Source of the DNA: Mobula hypostoma
Taxonomy: Eukaryota
Direction: 5' to 3'
Length of the DNA: 64,000 bases
Assembly: GCF_963921235.1 (NCBI RefSeq)
Contig: NC_086107.1
Span: 101,992,001 to 102,056,000 of the forward strand
Below the pieces are notes generated by a model, which was given only the letters and a program-made list of their open reading frames with translations, searched no databases and was not told where the DNA came from. The first letter of the stretch is position 1. The number at the start of each line of letters is the position of its first letter. Shown here piece after piece: positions 39,274 to 52,269 of this stretch. The position numbers were made by a program, and so were the translations under genes.

Positions 39274-42200
39274 TTAAAGTAGGACAGGATATACATGGTG
39301 AATGAAAGGTCCCTGGGGAGTGTTGTTGAGCAAAGAGACCTTGGGTATAAGTGCACAGTTCTCTGAAGGTAGCAACAAATGTAGACGGGGTGGAAAACAA
39401 AAACTTGGTGTGGTTACCTTCATTGACTAAAGCATTGTGTGTAAGAGTTCAGATATCATGTTACAGTTGTACAAATTGTTGGTTGTTCTGCACTTGGAAT
39501 ACTGCTTTCAGTTCTGATCGCCATACTATAACAAATATGTGATTAAGTTGGAGTGCAGAATAGATTCACAAAGATGTTAACTGGATTGCTCGGCTTGAGT
39601 TGTAAGGAAAAATTGGGACTCTTTTCCCTGGAGCAAAGAGGTGACATGATAGAGCTATATAAAATCATGGGAGGCATGGATAAGGTAGATAACCAAAGTC
39701 TGTATCCCACAGTAGGGGTTTTGTCTACACTGAGATTTAAGATGAGGGGAAGGAGCTTTAAAAGGGGTCTGAGGAGTAAATTTTTCACACAGTCAGTATC
39801 ATCTCCTCTACCATCAGATTTCTGAATGGTCTGTGACCTATCAATGCTATCTTTTACTTCTTTGCACTATTTATTTATTTTGTAATTTATAGTAATTTTA
39901 TGTCTTTGCACTGTACTGCTGCAGCAAAGCAACAAACTTCTTGACATGTAAGTCAGTGATAATAAACCTGATTCTGATTCTGAGTGAGCTGCCAAAGGAG
40001 GAGGTGGAGGCAGGAGGGGTTACAACATTTCAACGTGTCCAGACGAATACATGAATGGCCGAAGCACAGAGCGAGACCAAAGAGATTGCAGTTGCTGGAA
40101 TCTGGAGCAACACACAATCCTAGACGTTGCTTGACCCACTGAGCTCCTCCAGTGTTTTGTGTGAAGATATATAGTTGTCATAGCCCGGGTGGTAGTGGGG
40201 ATAAGCTCCCACTACCTAAAAAGTGCTCCAAATGGCATGCAACTCTAACAGTCTCTGACAACCAAGTCCAACTCTTGGCCTTCATGTGAAGGAAAACTCT
40301 GATTTTAAACCTCTGCTGCCTTGTGGCCATACCCACCCAAGGAAAGGGCTTCTGGAGTAAATCGTAAGGAAGAAGTCTGGAGCCGGGGTCCCTAAGCTAG
40401 TTTGATGTTGTTTGCAACTTCACTCTGGCAACCTCTGCGACAACACTGGTGCCAAACTGTATCAGCGCTTGGAGTACATCAGTGAGGTGGAGAGGGGGAA
40501 CCTGCTGCACAGGTAACAGCTAGTTTTTCAAATCTTCCCGCCCAGGTTTGCACCCTGGAGAGGACACAGTCCACCAGATGCGCAAACCCATGATCCCCTG
40601 GGATCGACGGCTGCCTACTATTTAGGTGTATGGAATCAGTGCAGGCATGTGGGAATAGTATGGATTGGCATAGACACAATGGGCTGAAAGGCCTGTTTCT
40701 ATACTATACCTCTATGACTCCACTCCTGACCTAACGGACATATTCAGATGAGGTTACCTCCTCAACTTTCACGGGAAAAACTCTCAGTGTATTCAATGGC
40801 TGACCAGAAAATGGAGGTGCCGTATAGAATGTGGGTTACCTGCAGCATGGGGGCACCTGCTTCCCGACCTCTACACCTGTGCACAGCAAGCTGAGAGTCA
40901 GACTGCAATGTACCTGCCCACCACTGCCACTGCACACAGCACTGAGGCCAGTGGTGGGTCAGAAGCATGAAGTTCTACACATCCAACCCTGCAAATTTAT
41001 AACAGTTTGTGTAACAGTAAAAATAGGTGGGTTTATTAATTAATTCTGAGCATGGAACAATGTCTTTAAATAAATTGATTACTGACTTCTATGCTTCAAA
41101 ATTTTTTATTCATTAATGCTTTTGAACTAATTTTAAATGTTCTCAATGATCAGAAATATTTAAATTAGATATGGGGGGCTTTAACAAGAGTAAGCTGTCA
41201 ATGTGATGTGAAGAAGGGGCATCAGGATCCTTGTTGATACTCGGTGGCCACTGTAAGGTTACTGAGGAGGTGATGAGAACATGGAAGCAGGGACACTGGG
41301 ACAAGTTGGTGCATTAAGGGAAAACCAGAGGAAGACATGAACCATTCTGTGAGACGAAGAGGCTCGTGCAATGCCTGGATCTGTTGGGCTGAATGGCTTG
41401 CATTGTAAACTCTCTGTAATGCAATGAAAAGTTAGGGAGTAGGTGTGGTGAGAAAGCTGGGTTACCTTGGATGAAGAGTTGCGATGGACAATCCAGTGAG
41501 GTGTGGTGTCAACCTGAACTGAATCTCAGGTGAGCTCAGGACCAGCTGCCAAGGCAGCATTAGGGCAAAATGTAATTGTCCAGAGGAAACGAGATAGAGT
41601 GGGATCCTGCTGGTGAGCTGGGACCCTCCTGGGTGTGGGGAATCCGCTGGTGACCTAGTACTCTGTTGCGGGGGGAAGCTGATGGAGATCTGGGACTCTG
41701 ATGGTGACCACTGTGCTACCAGTTGTTTTGTGGGTTGAAGCAACGCTTCAGCATCAAAGCACAGCAAGATTTATGCAATGGTCCTTGTGCCTTGTGGCCA
41801 TCTGAGTGTAGAGAACACTGGCAACTCTGTAGCTGAATCAGTCAGAACCTGTGAGAAGATCTTACTCCAACCCAACCTTTCCAGCACTGCTGTGTGAACT
41901 ATGAAGCATGAAGTGATTGAATCAGGAGAAATAACTATTTATCATTAATGTTCCCAGATCTTTGCCAGTAACCCTTTGGTAGCCCTGGAAGCTTCCATTC
42001 AATCTGGAGTTTCCTCTTCTTCCCTTCAGATGCTTTGCTACTGTTTGAATCCCGACAGGATCAAAGTGTGAGAATCACCCAAAGTGATCCCAAATCTCCT
42101 CAATGTCACTGTACCACGTGAGATAACATAGACAGGGAAACTCATAATCGTTAAACTAAAACAAACCTTCTGACACAACGTTTCTGTTTTAAATGCATTT

Positions 42201-42959
42201 TATTAGTTATACTTGACAATCCGAATCTGCAGTCTGTGTTATTTGCCATGATCAATATAAATGTCCGAACACGTGCGTTGAGATTTCTACAGGTTACGTC
42301 ACCAGTCTGATGCAAAGAGAGCAAAGGCCATATGTTGAAGGAACAGACAGGAGCTGCACCCAGTTCAGAACAGTCAGCTGCCGCTGAAATGCTTCCTGGG
42401 GTTCACTGGTCTGGCAGATGCAATGGTTGATTTTGACCATCCTGTGCCAGGAACAGAAAGAAGACACGCTAGTGTGCACACCCTCAATCAATGTGCATGT
42501 GGTTTTTGCAATGTATTCGGGGTTTTATTGGAAATATAATACAAGTGCAAGTCAGGTAAGACAGATGAGACGACCAATTAACCTTTGACATTTCAGTCTG
42601 TATTCAACAGGATATCAAAGAAAAGCAACTGGCTGTGGAACTAACATGACCTTCAGCAAAACGAACTCCTAGGCAAAGAAGGGCACTTGGTTGGGCTCCC
42701 ACAGTGCAAGAACTGCCCATGCAATGGTGTTGCAGGACAGAATCCAGAAAGACATCTCTGAAACTCGGGGTCCTAGAACACCATCGTGAGGCTAACCTCG
42801 ATGCAAACCAACTGTTACCCTTGAAATAGATTTTCAGTTGCAAACATAGTGAAATTTAACATATAAATCTTATAGACTTTGTGGCCTATGAAAAATGCTT
42901 GAGGCTTTACTAGATGCCACATTGTCAAAGTGCTGCTGGGCAACTGACTTGACATTACA

Positions 42960-43855
42960 AGTCCCCTGTGACGTTGATTATCTCTGCAATGTTATTCATT
43001 CACTGTGATATCATATGATGGATGTGACATAATACTGAAGCTCTGATGACACTGTGATCTTGTGCCTTCACTGAATTATCTGAGTTGCCTTTAATATCTG
43101 GCTGGCTCTTTGACATAACTCTCTTGCTGTGGTGCATGTATATGTGACGTTACGATCACACAGTGATGTGACACTCATGTTAACACACAAACGCTGGAGC
43201 AACTCAGCAGGTCAGGCAGCATCTGTGGAGGGAGATGCACAGTTGATGTCTCTGGTGAAGGGTCTCAACCTGAAATGTTAACTATCCATTTCCCTCCATT
43301 GATGTTGTCTGACCTGCTGAGTTCCTCCAGCATCCTTGTGTGTTGCTCCAGTCTCTAGAATCTGTCAGACTCGCACTGGTCTGCAGTGCCACATCTGTGA
43401 TGTCACACTGTCATAATGATGTCATGTTCTTGATATGATGCACTGTAGACATGGGGGGTGGGGCATGTCCTCACTGTGAAGTCACACTCTTGTCGATTGG
43501 CAGGGCTATAACTGTGATGTAATACTATCACTGTGATATCACACTCTGACCGTGCTGAATGTGATGTCACACTCTAATTATGCTGTATCTGATGTCACAA
43601 CTGCCCGTGCTATATGTGATGTCATTCTCTGACCAGGCTCTATTTGATATCACAGTCTGTAGTGCTATGGGTGTGATCTCACACTCTGGCGGTGATATCG
43701 CACTCACTGTGTTTTAACACACTTACTATGGTGTGGCGCTGTCCCCCTGATGTTGTGCTGAATCTACCATGGCGCGCTCGTTCTGTGATTTCACCCTGTC
43801 ACTGTGATGTCACACACTTACCATGATGTCACAATGTCGCTGTGATGTCACTGTG
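42960..43855. repeat. Degenerate minisatellite of (C)TGTGATGTCACA(CT) units
   Basis: Many variants of the near-palindrome TGTGATGTCACA; interrupted by a palindromic Penelope-type insert at ~43183-43355. Confidence 0.75.
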
Positions 43856-44074
43856 GGCTCATACCTGTCAGCTACCAACATCCAGTGTGTTGTTCCTGCA
43901 GACAGTTGGGATGAGAATCAAACCCATAGGTGAAAGTGCATCAAAGACCAGGAGAAAGGTGGCAATCTTTAGAGCAGTCCTATGGTGACTGACAATCTGT
44001 TGTTCTTCTTCCCTCCCTCTCCTGGGTGTAGCTCCTTCAGCAGGGGATCAGGAGAGCCTTCCGTAATTACAATT

Positions 44075-44371
44075 CTAGTCTGCCATACTACTGTTGACAG
44101 CACTGGTGTGTTCCTTCAGTTCCAACTTGTCTGTGTCGGTTTTGGTCTCGATCTCTGGGGCCGGGGTGTAGTTTGAGGCCGGGGAGTTCAAGCACTGGAG
44201 CCAAGTGCAGCACACAGCCAGCAGAACCATCAGGATCACGGTGCCACTGAACAGGAGGATAACAATGATCCCACCGAAATGCCAAGGCTCTTCCACTGCG
44301 CTGGCTGACAGGCTCCTGACAAGCAGATGCACGGTCTTCCTAGGGTCCGAGCTGTTTCCCACAGCCTCCAT
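44075..44371 (-). CDS. 98-aa single-pass membrane microprotein, SMIM5/18/22-family-like
   Basis: Strong Kozak (CACAAC ATG G); N-terminal NSS sequon; hydrophobic WHFGGIIVILLFSGTVILMVLLAV followed by CC..C; W...F.GTV.L pattern resembles recalled SMIM22/SMIM5; lies in non-repetitive sequence; an in-frame upstream start at 44431 is an alternative. Confidence 0.72.
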   Translation of the reverse strand: MEAVGNSSDPRKTVHLLVRSLSASAVEEPWHFGGIIVILLFSGTVILMVLLAVCCTWLQCLNSPASNYTPAPEIETKTDTDKLELKEHTSAVNSSMAD

Positions 44372-44506
44372 GTTGTGACAGCGAGCAAACCCAGCACGGA
44401 GAGATGAGATCCAATGGCAATCGTGCTTCACGCAGGATACAGTCGTCCTCCCAGCCAGCAGCAGCTTGATGTCATTACAACCACCAGCACCTTGCTGATG
44501 GTACTG

Positions 44507-44520
44507 GTTGCCATAGCAAC
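44507..44520. promoter_or_regulatory. RFX X-box motif
   Basis: GTTGCCATAGCAAC, a near-perfect palindromic X-box about 135 bp upstream of the microprotein ATG. Confidence 0.6.
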
Positions 44521-44829
44521 AGGAAAATTAGAAAGCAGTCAGCTGATCACCAAGCAAGCAGCAATATATGAGGGCTGCTATGTAATTATCAGTGTTTATA
44601 TTCGAGGAACGGGTAGGAGGGAGCTTGTCTCAGCTGCACAGTATAAATAATTGTCTGGTCTTTGGATAATGGAGGTCCTACTGAGGGAGGGTTCTGTCTG
44701 AGTGGCTGCAGAAGTAAAATCGGTGGAGGGTCCCTGAGGGATAAATGGTCACGCATTTGCCATCTGTCTTTTCCGAATCTTCCTGCTGCAATGAAATAAG
44801 GACTTGCTTCTCTGTGGCGTCTTTCAGGA

Positions 44830-46005
44830 CTGCAGGGTCCCCAGAACACAAGAGTCTTCCAAACCCTTGGCATCCCAGAACACAGGGTTTCCAAACCCCT
44901 GGGTTCCCCAGGACACTGGGTGTCCCATCCCCAGGGTCTAAGAATACAGAGTATTCCATGTCCCCAGGATCCCAGAATGCAGGATGTCCAAAAGCCTATT
45001 GTAATTTATATATTTTTATTGTGTATTGCACTTTACAACTCCTCCCTTGGAGGGTCAGACACCCTGAGCCAATAGGCTGGTCCTGGACTTATTTCCTGGC
45101 ACAATTTACATATTACTATTTAACTATTTATGGCTTTATTACTGTTTATTATTTATGGTGCAACTGTAACAAAAAACAATTTCCCCAGGGATCAATGAAG
45201 TATGACTATGACTGTATTGGTGCCACAGAGCAACAAACCTCACAACATATGTCAGTGATTTTAAACCTGATTCTGATTCTGATCCTGGGTTCCCCAGAGC
45301 ACAGGCATCCCATCCCCGGGGATCTCGGAATACAGGGTGTCCAAATCACCTGCATCTCAGAACAATGAGTCTTCCAAACCCGTGGGATCCCAGCACACAG
45401 GATGTCCGAATCACTGGGATCTCAGAACACGGACTGTCTGAAATCCTGAGTTCCCCAGAGCACAGGTGTCCCATCCTGGGGGATCTCAGAACACAGGGTA
45501 TGCCCCATCCCCTAGGATCCCAGGACACACAGTGTCCCAAAACCCAGGATCCAGGGTGTCCTAAAGCTTCAGAGTTCCCCAGGAGCTCCCAGAACCTAAT
45601 AATTATAAATCCAAGGTTGTCCCAAAGCCTCAAGTTCCCAAAACCCCAGTGTCCCAGAACCTGTTGCCCCATGATACCAGATGTTCTGGAATCCTAGGGT
45701 TCCACAGAACCCTCTCTTCTCACATTCTCTTGCAACATGGAATGTCAAACCCTTGCCAGCTCTCTGAGAAGTCCCACCACTCCAATTCCCCCACAGTTTC
45801 CCTGTAACCTATTCTTCCTTATGTCAGGGTGTCTCAGACCAGCAGGATCCCAAACTTAAGCATGTCCCAGAATTGCACAAACCACATTGCTCCAGGAACT
45901 CAGGGTGTCTCACAACTCCATGCCATAAGGAGTCTCAGAACCTCAGAGTACCCCTAAGTCCTCAAGGCATCCTGAAACCCCAGGCCGCAGGGGTCCCAGA
46001 AACTG
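44830..46005. repeat. Degenerate CCCAG(G/A)-rich tandem repeat
   Basis: Recurrent CCCAGAACACAGGG / GGATCCCAG / GGTGTCCC units; similar sequence resumes at ~48050-48250. Confidence 0.6.
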
Positions 46006-46019
46006 TATTCAAGATGATA

Positions 46020-47400
46020 AGACCATAAAATGTGGGGGCAGAATTATGCCATTCGGCCCATTGAGTCTGCCTTTCCATCATGGGTGATTTATTTTCTTGC
46101 TCAACCCCGTTCTCTGGGTCTTCTTCCTGTAACCTTTGACTGCCTTACTGATCAAGAACTTATCAACCTCTGCTTTAAATGTACCCAAATGAATTGGCTG
46201 CCTGTGGCAATGATTTCCATGACTCACCGCCCTCTGGCTGAAGAAATTCCTCTTCATTTCTGTTCTAAAGGGATGTCCTTGTATTCTGAGGCTGTGCCCT
46301 CTGGTCCTAGACGCGCCCCCCCCCCCCCCAAACTATAGGAATCATTCTCTTCAGGTCCACTCTATCTATAACCATATAACAATTACAGCACGGAAACAGG
46401 CCATCTCGGCCCTTCTAGTCCGTGCCGAACTCTTACTCTCACCTAGTCCCACCGACCTGCACTCAGCCCATAACCCTCCATTCCTTTCTTGTCCATATAT
46501 CTATCCAATTTAACTTTAAACGACAACATCAAACCTGCCTCAACCACTTATGCTGGAAGCTCGTTCCACACAGCTACCACTCTCTGAGTAAAGAAGTTCC
46601 CCCTCGTGTTACCCCTAAACTTTTGCCCTTTAACTCTCTTGAGTTGAGAGTTTCCTTTTGTTTGAATCTCAATGGAAAAAGCCTATCCACGTCAACTCTG
46701 TCAATCCCCTTCATAATTTTAAACACCTCTATCAAGTCCCCCCTCAACCTTCTACATTCCAAAGCCTTTTGATAATCAATAGGTTTCAATGAGATCACCC
46801 TTCATTCTTCTAAACTGCAGCAAGTACAAGCCCAGAGCCATCAAATGCTCCTCATGCATTTACCTCTCCATTCCTTGGGATCATTCTTCTGAACTTCCTC
46901 TGGACCCTCTCTAACGCCCCTTTCTTAAATATGGAACAGAAAGTTGCTCACAATGCTCCAAATGTGATCAGACCAACGTCTTAAAAAGCCTCAGTATTAC
47001 ATGTTTGCTTTTATATTATAGTCTAGTCCCACTTAAAATAAATTCTAACATTGCATCTGTCTTCCTTATTTCCAACTCAACCTGCAAGTTAACTTTTAGA
47101 GAATCCTGCACTGACTCCCAAGTCCCTTTGCACCTCTGACTTCTGAATTCACTCCCCCATTTAGAAAATAGTCAATGCCTTTATTCCTTCTACCAAAGTG
47201 CATGACCATACACTTTCCTACATTTTTATTCCATTTGCCACTTCTTTGCCCATTCTCTCCTTCTGCTGACTTCCCACTTCCTCAACACTACCTGCCCCTC
47301 CACCTATCTTTGTATCAGCCACAAACTTGGCCACAAAGCTATCAATTCCATCAGCCGGATCATTAACATACGATGTGAAAAGCAGTAGAGCCAGCTCCCA
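46020..47400 (-). mobile_element. CR1 LINE fragments (younger 3' piece at ~46370-46765 nested in an older copy)
   Basis: RRLRGDLIEVFKIMKGIDRVD; VAKFVADTKIGG; two CR1 3' tails. Confidence 0.8.
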
Positions 47401-47424
47401 CACCTGCAGAACCTCAGGGGCAGT

Positions 47425-47962
47425 TGTAACCCTCAGGTTTGGCCACTGGCGTTAGTCTGGGGAAGACAGCCTCTTGTTTGCGTGGATGCTGTGTGATCTG
47501 TTCCCCTGTTACAAATCAGTACCACAAAATAACAGAGTACGCCATATGCAATTAAACGGTTTAGATCTTTAATTCTTAATTTGACTAGAGGGTTAGTAAA
47601 GAAAAACAAAAAGAAAAGGGCCCATTTTAATGAAACAGTCTAAGGTGCACAAGTTGGAGCTCATGGTTTCCCTTTCGCCGATCCTCCATCGGTTTCCCTG
47701 GGCTTCGTTCACTCCCGGCCCCGCTCCAAGTCCACTCCATCCTGCTGTCTACGACTTCCCCTTTCTGGCGTCTTCTCTCTTCATCTCTCACCAAACAAAA
47801 AACCCAGATCACCTCGTTCTCAGGTACACAACAAGAGAAAAACACTCCCTTCACTGGATGGCACACATTCCAAAGCCCCTGTTATCTCTAGCCCTAACCC
47901 AAACACTGCTGCTACAGGAAAAACCATTACATTAGCAGTGAAACCTTTCCCAGGGCATTACA
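47425..47962. mobile_element. Possible solo LTR
   Basis: TGTAAC...TTACA inverted ends, 538 bp; no clear TSD. Confidence 0.4.
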
Positions 47963-48824
47963 TGATCAATCTTTGAAAATGTCCCCTTTGTTCCCATTCT
48001 GTGCCTTCTGCCAATCATGCTGGTACCTTTCCTATAATAGCATGGGCTTATGAAGCTCATAATCCTTAAGTAGTTACAGAACCCCTGGCCTCAGGGCAGC
48101 CCAGAACTCGTTCCCAGCATGTCCCGGACCTCAGGGTGTGCTGGAGCCTCACAGTTCCCCATAACTCCTTCCTCAAGGTCCTAGGTCCAGATTATCCAAG
48201 AACCCAGTGCATCTTGGGAACCCCATACCCCCAGTGAAGGTGATTTTTGGAGAGCAATTGTTACAGCTGTGGGAGAAATTAGACTTGATCCTGACCAAAG
48301 CCTGAGGATCTACTTCCATAATGTATATATTTAGGTGAACCCAGGACTTCCTGGCTTCCCTGCACTGCCCCATCACCCCTCACAGGCCTGAGCTGACTAA
48401 ATTTATGTTTAAAGAACTGTCCTTGAGTCAATCTGACCCGAGCACAATGATCTTTGGGAGCATTTGATCCCAAGCCGGCCCATGGGGGTAATTATTCCAG
48501 ACTTGAGCTGAAGGAGATATCCTCAGCACAGAAACAGGCCCTTCAGCCCACCGAGTCTGTGTTGACATTCCACCATCCATTTACACTAATCCTGTACCAA
48601 TCCCATTTAATTCTCCCCACATTCCCGTCAACACCTCCAGATTCTACACTCACCTACGTACTAGTGGCCAATTAACCTATCAAGCCACATGCCTTTGGGT
48701 TGTGGGAGGAAGCCAGAGCACCCAGGAGAAATGCATGTGATCACAGGGAGAATCTGATGGTCTCGTGATGTTTGTTGTTTTGTGGTAGCAGTACAGAATT
48801 ACTATAAGTTACAATCAGAAATAT

Positions 48825-49700
48825 TAAAAGTTCAGAGTACATTTATTATCAAAGTATGTATAAATTATGCAACCTTGAGATTTGTCTGCTTACAGGCAGC
48901 CACAAAACGAGAAACCCAAAATGACCCAAATTTTAAAAAAGATCAACAGCCAATGCACAGAGAAAGAAAAAAAATCAAATCGTGTAAACAGTAAAAGCAA
49001 GCAACATCATTCAGAATGAAAGCGAGTCCATAGACCCAAAGCCCAGAGCAGGTCCGAAGCCTCAGCCTCAGTTCAGCACACAGCAGGGGAAATTGTTGCA
49101 AAGCTCACAGACATGAAGCTCAGGGCAGGACACAGCCTCAGCTTCAGCGCCTACAAGAATGGAATAAACGTCACTGGGCAGCGAGCAGAACCGGCCTGAC
49201 CTTCACCTCCGGTCCTGACACCTTGCCTTTTCAGTTCATCTAGCCTGGTGTTTAAATTGTCCAAACACCGGGTCGTCCCCCGCACACTAGGACCAGCCAC
49301 ATTGATATGCTTAGGGTCTGGACCCCGCTGCCACATTCCGGCCCATACACGACCTTGTCAAATTGGCCTGGTGCTTAGATTGATCCAACTTCACTCCCAG
49401 TTTAGGTGCTTGAACTCCAAAGCTCCTCCGGTCTGCTCACTCCAACCTTATCTCAAACGTGCCTCAACCTCACTCTGAGCACTTGCCCTCAAACATGCCT
49501 TGACCTCACTCTTGACTTTCATCGCAGCCACACACCTTGACCCTTGGGTCAGCCTTGCCTTCGTATGCCTCTTCGTTGTTTGCTGTGATTGGTTACCACA
49601 ATTTCCCACAGAAAAAGTGTTATCAGTAAAGTATTTAATTGCATTTCTTGCTTTATGAACCTCCAGTAAGCTGTCACCCACTTCAGTAGCGCCATCTTAA
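48825..49700 (-). mobile_element. Non-autonomous retroelement of similar design (AAGATGGCGC 5' end, LINE-like AATAAA tail)
   Basis: GCGCCATCTT near 49690; minus-strand tail GATAATAAATGTACTCTGAACTT; sits inside a Rex-type 3' UTR. Confidence 0.55.
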
Positions 49701-51039
49701 ATGAGAAAAGTAGTGCAAAAAGAGAGCAAAATACGGACATAGTGTTCATGGGTCCTTGGAAGTTCCAGACAAACAGCACCCAAGGTTAGGATCAAACCCA
49801 GATCACTGGTGCCGTGAGCCAGTGGCTTTACCAGATGCACCACTGTACTCCAAAGAAAATCAACACCAGAAATACTTTGCAGGTCAGGCGACAGTTGTGT
49901 AGAGGGAAGCCAGGCTCATGTTTCCCATTGAAGTCATGCAGACCATACTTCTGGTCCAAATGAAATCTGTGCTTGAAGGTCAGAGATCAAATTTCCTGGC
50001 ATCATGAAACTTGTGAAGCCTGTCGTTGCCATTCAAAATAATGCTGCAAATCTGAAATAAATCAAGAAAAATGCTGAGATGTAAACTCGTGGATCTGAAA
50101 CAGTAGCTCTGTTTCTCTCTCTATAGATTCTACCTGACCTGTGGAGTACTGCTGGCATTTTATGTTTTATTCAGCATAGAGCGAAGGAGATTCATGGGCA
50201 GTGACTTCATTTTTCTAAGAAATAGAAGCAGGAGTGAGCCGTTCAGCCCTTGTAGCTGTTGCAACATCATTGGTTGATCTTTTAGTCCTGATTCGCCTTT
50301 CTGCATTCCCTTAAATCTAGAACTTGATCAATCTTTGTCTGAGTATACTCAGTCACTGATCCTCCATGTCCCTCTTGTGTGCAGGGTTCCAAAAATTCAC
50401 CTCTCTCTGGGCGAACGTTACCCTTTCCTCTACCCTCTCAAGCCCTATGAGAACTTGTGTGTTTCTGCAAGATCACAGCTCGATCTTCTGAACCTGGGAG
50501 TGCAATCCCGGTCTCTCTTCATGGGACAAACTCTCACCTGGGTGTCGGACAAGTGGCCCAACACCAGAGGGAAGTGAAGCTGTGAGAAAGGTGGTTGTAC
50601 GTACAGTCAGGATCATGCATCATGGAAGCAGACCCTTCGGCACCTGGAGTCCATGCCAGCTATAAAAGGAATCTCAATTTTCAGCCTTTGGCCTTCCATG
50701 CATTGATAGTCCGTGCGATCATCCCAGTACGGTGTGAGAGTCACTCCTTGAGCAATGCTGGCAGTGGATGGATAGATAGAACTGGACATTGGCAGGGTCA
50801 GCCTCTTGGCATGATATTACCAACTTGGTATTTTGTAAATTTCTGATTGGTGCAAGAAACTTCCTCCAACATGAGTATGTTCTCTCAATGTGGCCACCCT
50901 CCTCAGTGTAATATGACCTTGTCCACATAATTACCACGATATCCCTTCACAGACTAGGAATTCCATTGTTCCACGTTCTCCTTCCTGAGGTGTATCATCC
51001 TGGGATTTTACATAAGTAGGTAGTACAGAAGGATTTACC

Positions 51040-51625
51040 GGTGGCCAACCATTCTAACTCCATTCCCATTCCCATTCCAATATGTCAGTCCATGGTCGCC
51101 TCTATTGCCACAGTGAGGCCACTCTCAGGTTGGAATAGCAACACCTCGTATTCCTTTTGGGTAGCCTCCAACCTGATGACATGAACATAGGTTTTCCCTG
51201 CTTCCGGTAATTTAATCCCCCCCCCCTAATTTTCTCCTTTTCCATTCCCCATTCTGTCTTCCCTCTTACCATTTCTTATCTCCTCACCTGCCTAACACCT
51301 CCCTCTGCTGCCAATCTTCCTTCCCTTTCTCCCATCCTCTCCTGTCAGACTCCTTCTTCTTCAGACCTTTACTTTTTCCACCTATCACCTCCCAGCTTCT
51401 CACTTCATCCTCCCACCCCAGCTATCTGCCTTCCCTCCTCACCTAACTTCACCCATCACCTTCCAGCTTGTACTCCCTCCCCTCCTCCCACTTTTATTCC
51501 AACTTCTTCGGCCTTCCATTCTGGTCCTGCTGAAGGTCTGGGCCTGAAATATTGACAGATTATTCCTCTTCATAGATTTTGCCTGACTTTGAGTTCCTCC
51601 AACACTTTGTGTGTGTTATCCTGGA
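51040..51625 (+). mobile_element. Penelope-like 3' fragment
   Basis: Similar to 25340-25760: end of the GIY-YIG region, pyrimidine tract and a degenerate hammerhead repeat. Confidence 0.75.
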
Positions 51626-52269
51626 ATTTTACTTTTGTTTATGTCCTCACAATCTCTCCCCAACTGCAATAAATGTTAATATTGTCTGTTCAAGACATCT
51701 CTCAAAATTTACAGAAATATCTATGGGTTAAAGTACATGAAGAACACTTTCCTTTCAGTTTCGTCTGGAGAAGGATTGCACACATGACTTATTTACTGGT
51801 TCCAATGCAGGATGAGCTTACAGGCAATTAAACCTTAGACCAAACCATGGCTCACCCAAGGGTTTTCCTCCTCACAATTCTCATGTGTTGTGTAATCTCC
51901 AAGCTGATACTCCAGAGCGGTACCCAAAGGCACCTGTGCTGTCAGAGTGCAAATAAAGTTAAACAAGGCTCTCTCAGACAGATCTAAGTTTGTCATTCTG
52001 TTTTTTTTTAAAGCATAGTGTATTTATATTTGTGGGAATTGTCTGTTTATTTCCTGTATTGAAGTCCACACCACCAGGTTCTAGAACAGCTAGTCCTGAT
52101 GACCCAAAACATCGACTCTTCGTTCCTTTCCGTAGATGCTGACATGCTGAGTTCTTCCAGCACTTTGGGTGTCACTAAGCTGAGTGGGTGGACGGCTGCA
52201 CAGTAACTGAAATGCTCCCATGCACATAGCCTTTGTTGCCATGTAGCTGGAATTTTCTTTTATATAATG

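Larger units (their letters stand above)
38120..39795 (+). mobile_element. Old CR1 remnant with nested insertions
   Basis: QNRFTKMLTGL...RGDMIELYKIM and a decayed RT region. Confidence 0.75.

Noticed and set aside
42960..43855. Repeat-spacer-like pattern suggesting a CRISPR array
   Set aside because: Eukaryotic context, degenerate irregular units, no constant repeat or spacer length, no cas genes
44745..45697. ORFs of 207 and 110 aa on +
   Set aside because: They run through CCCAG-rich tandem repeats and LINE tail fragments; no domain signal
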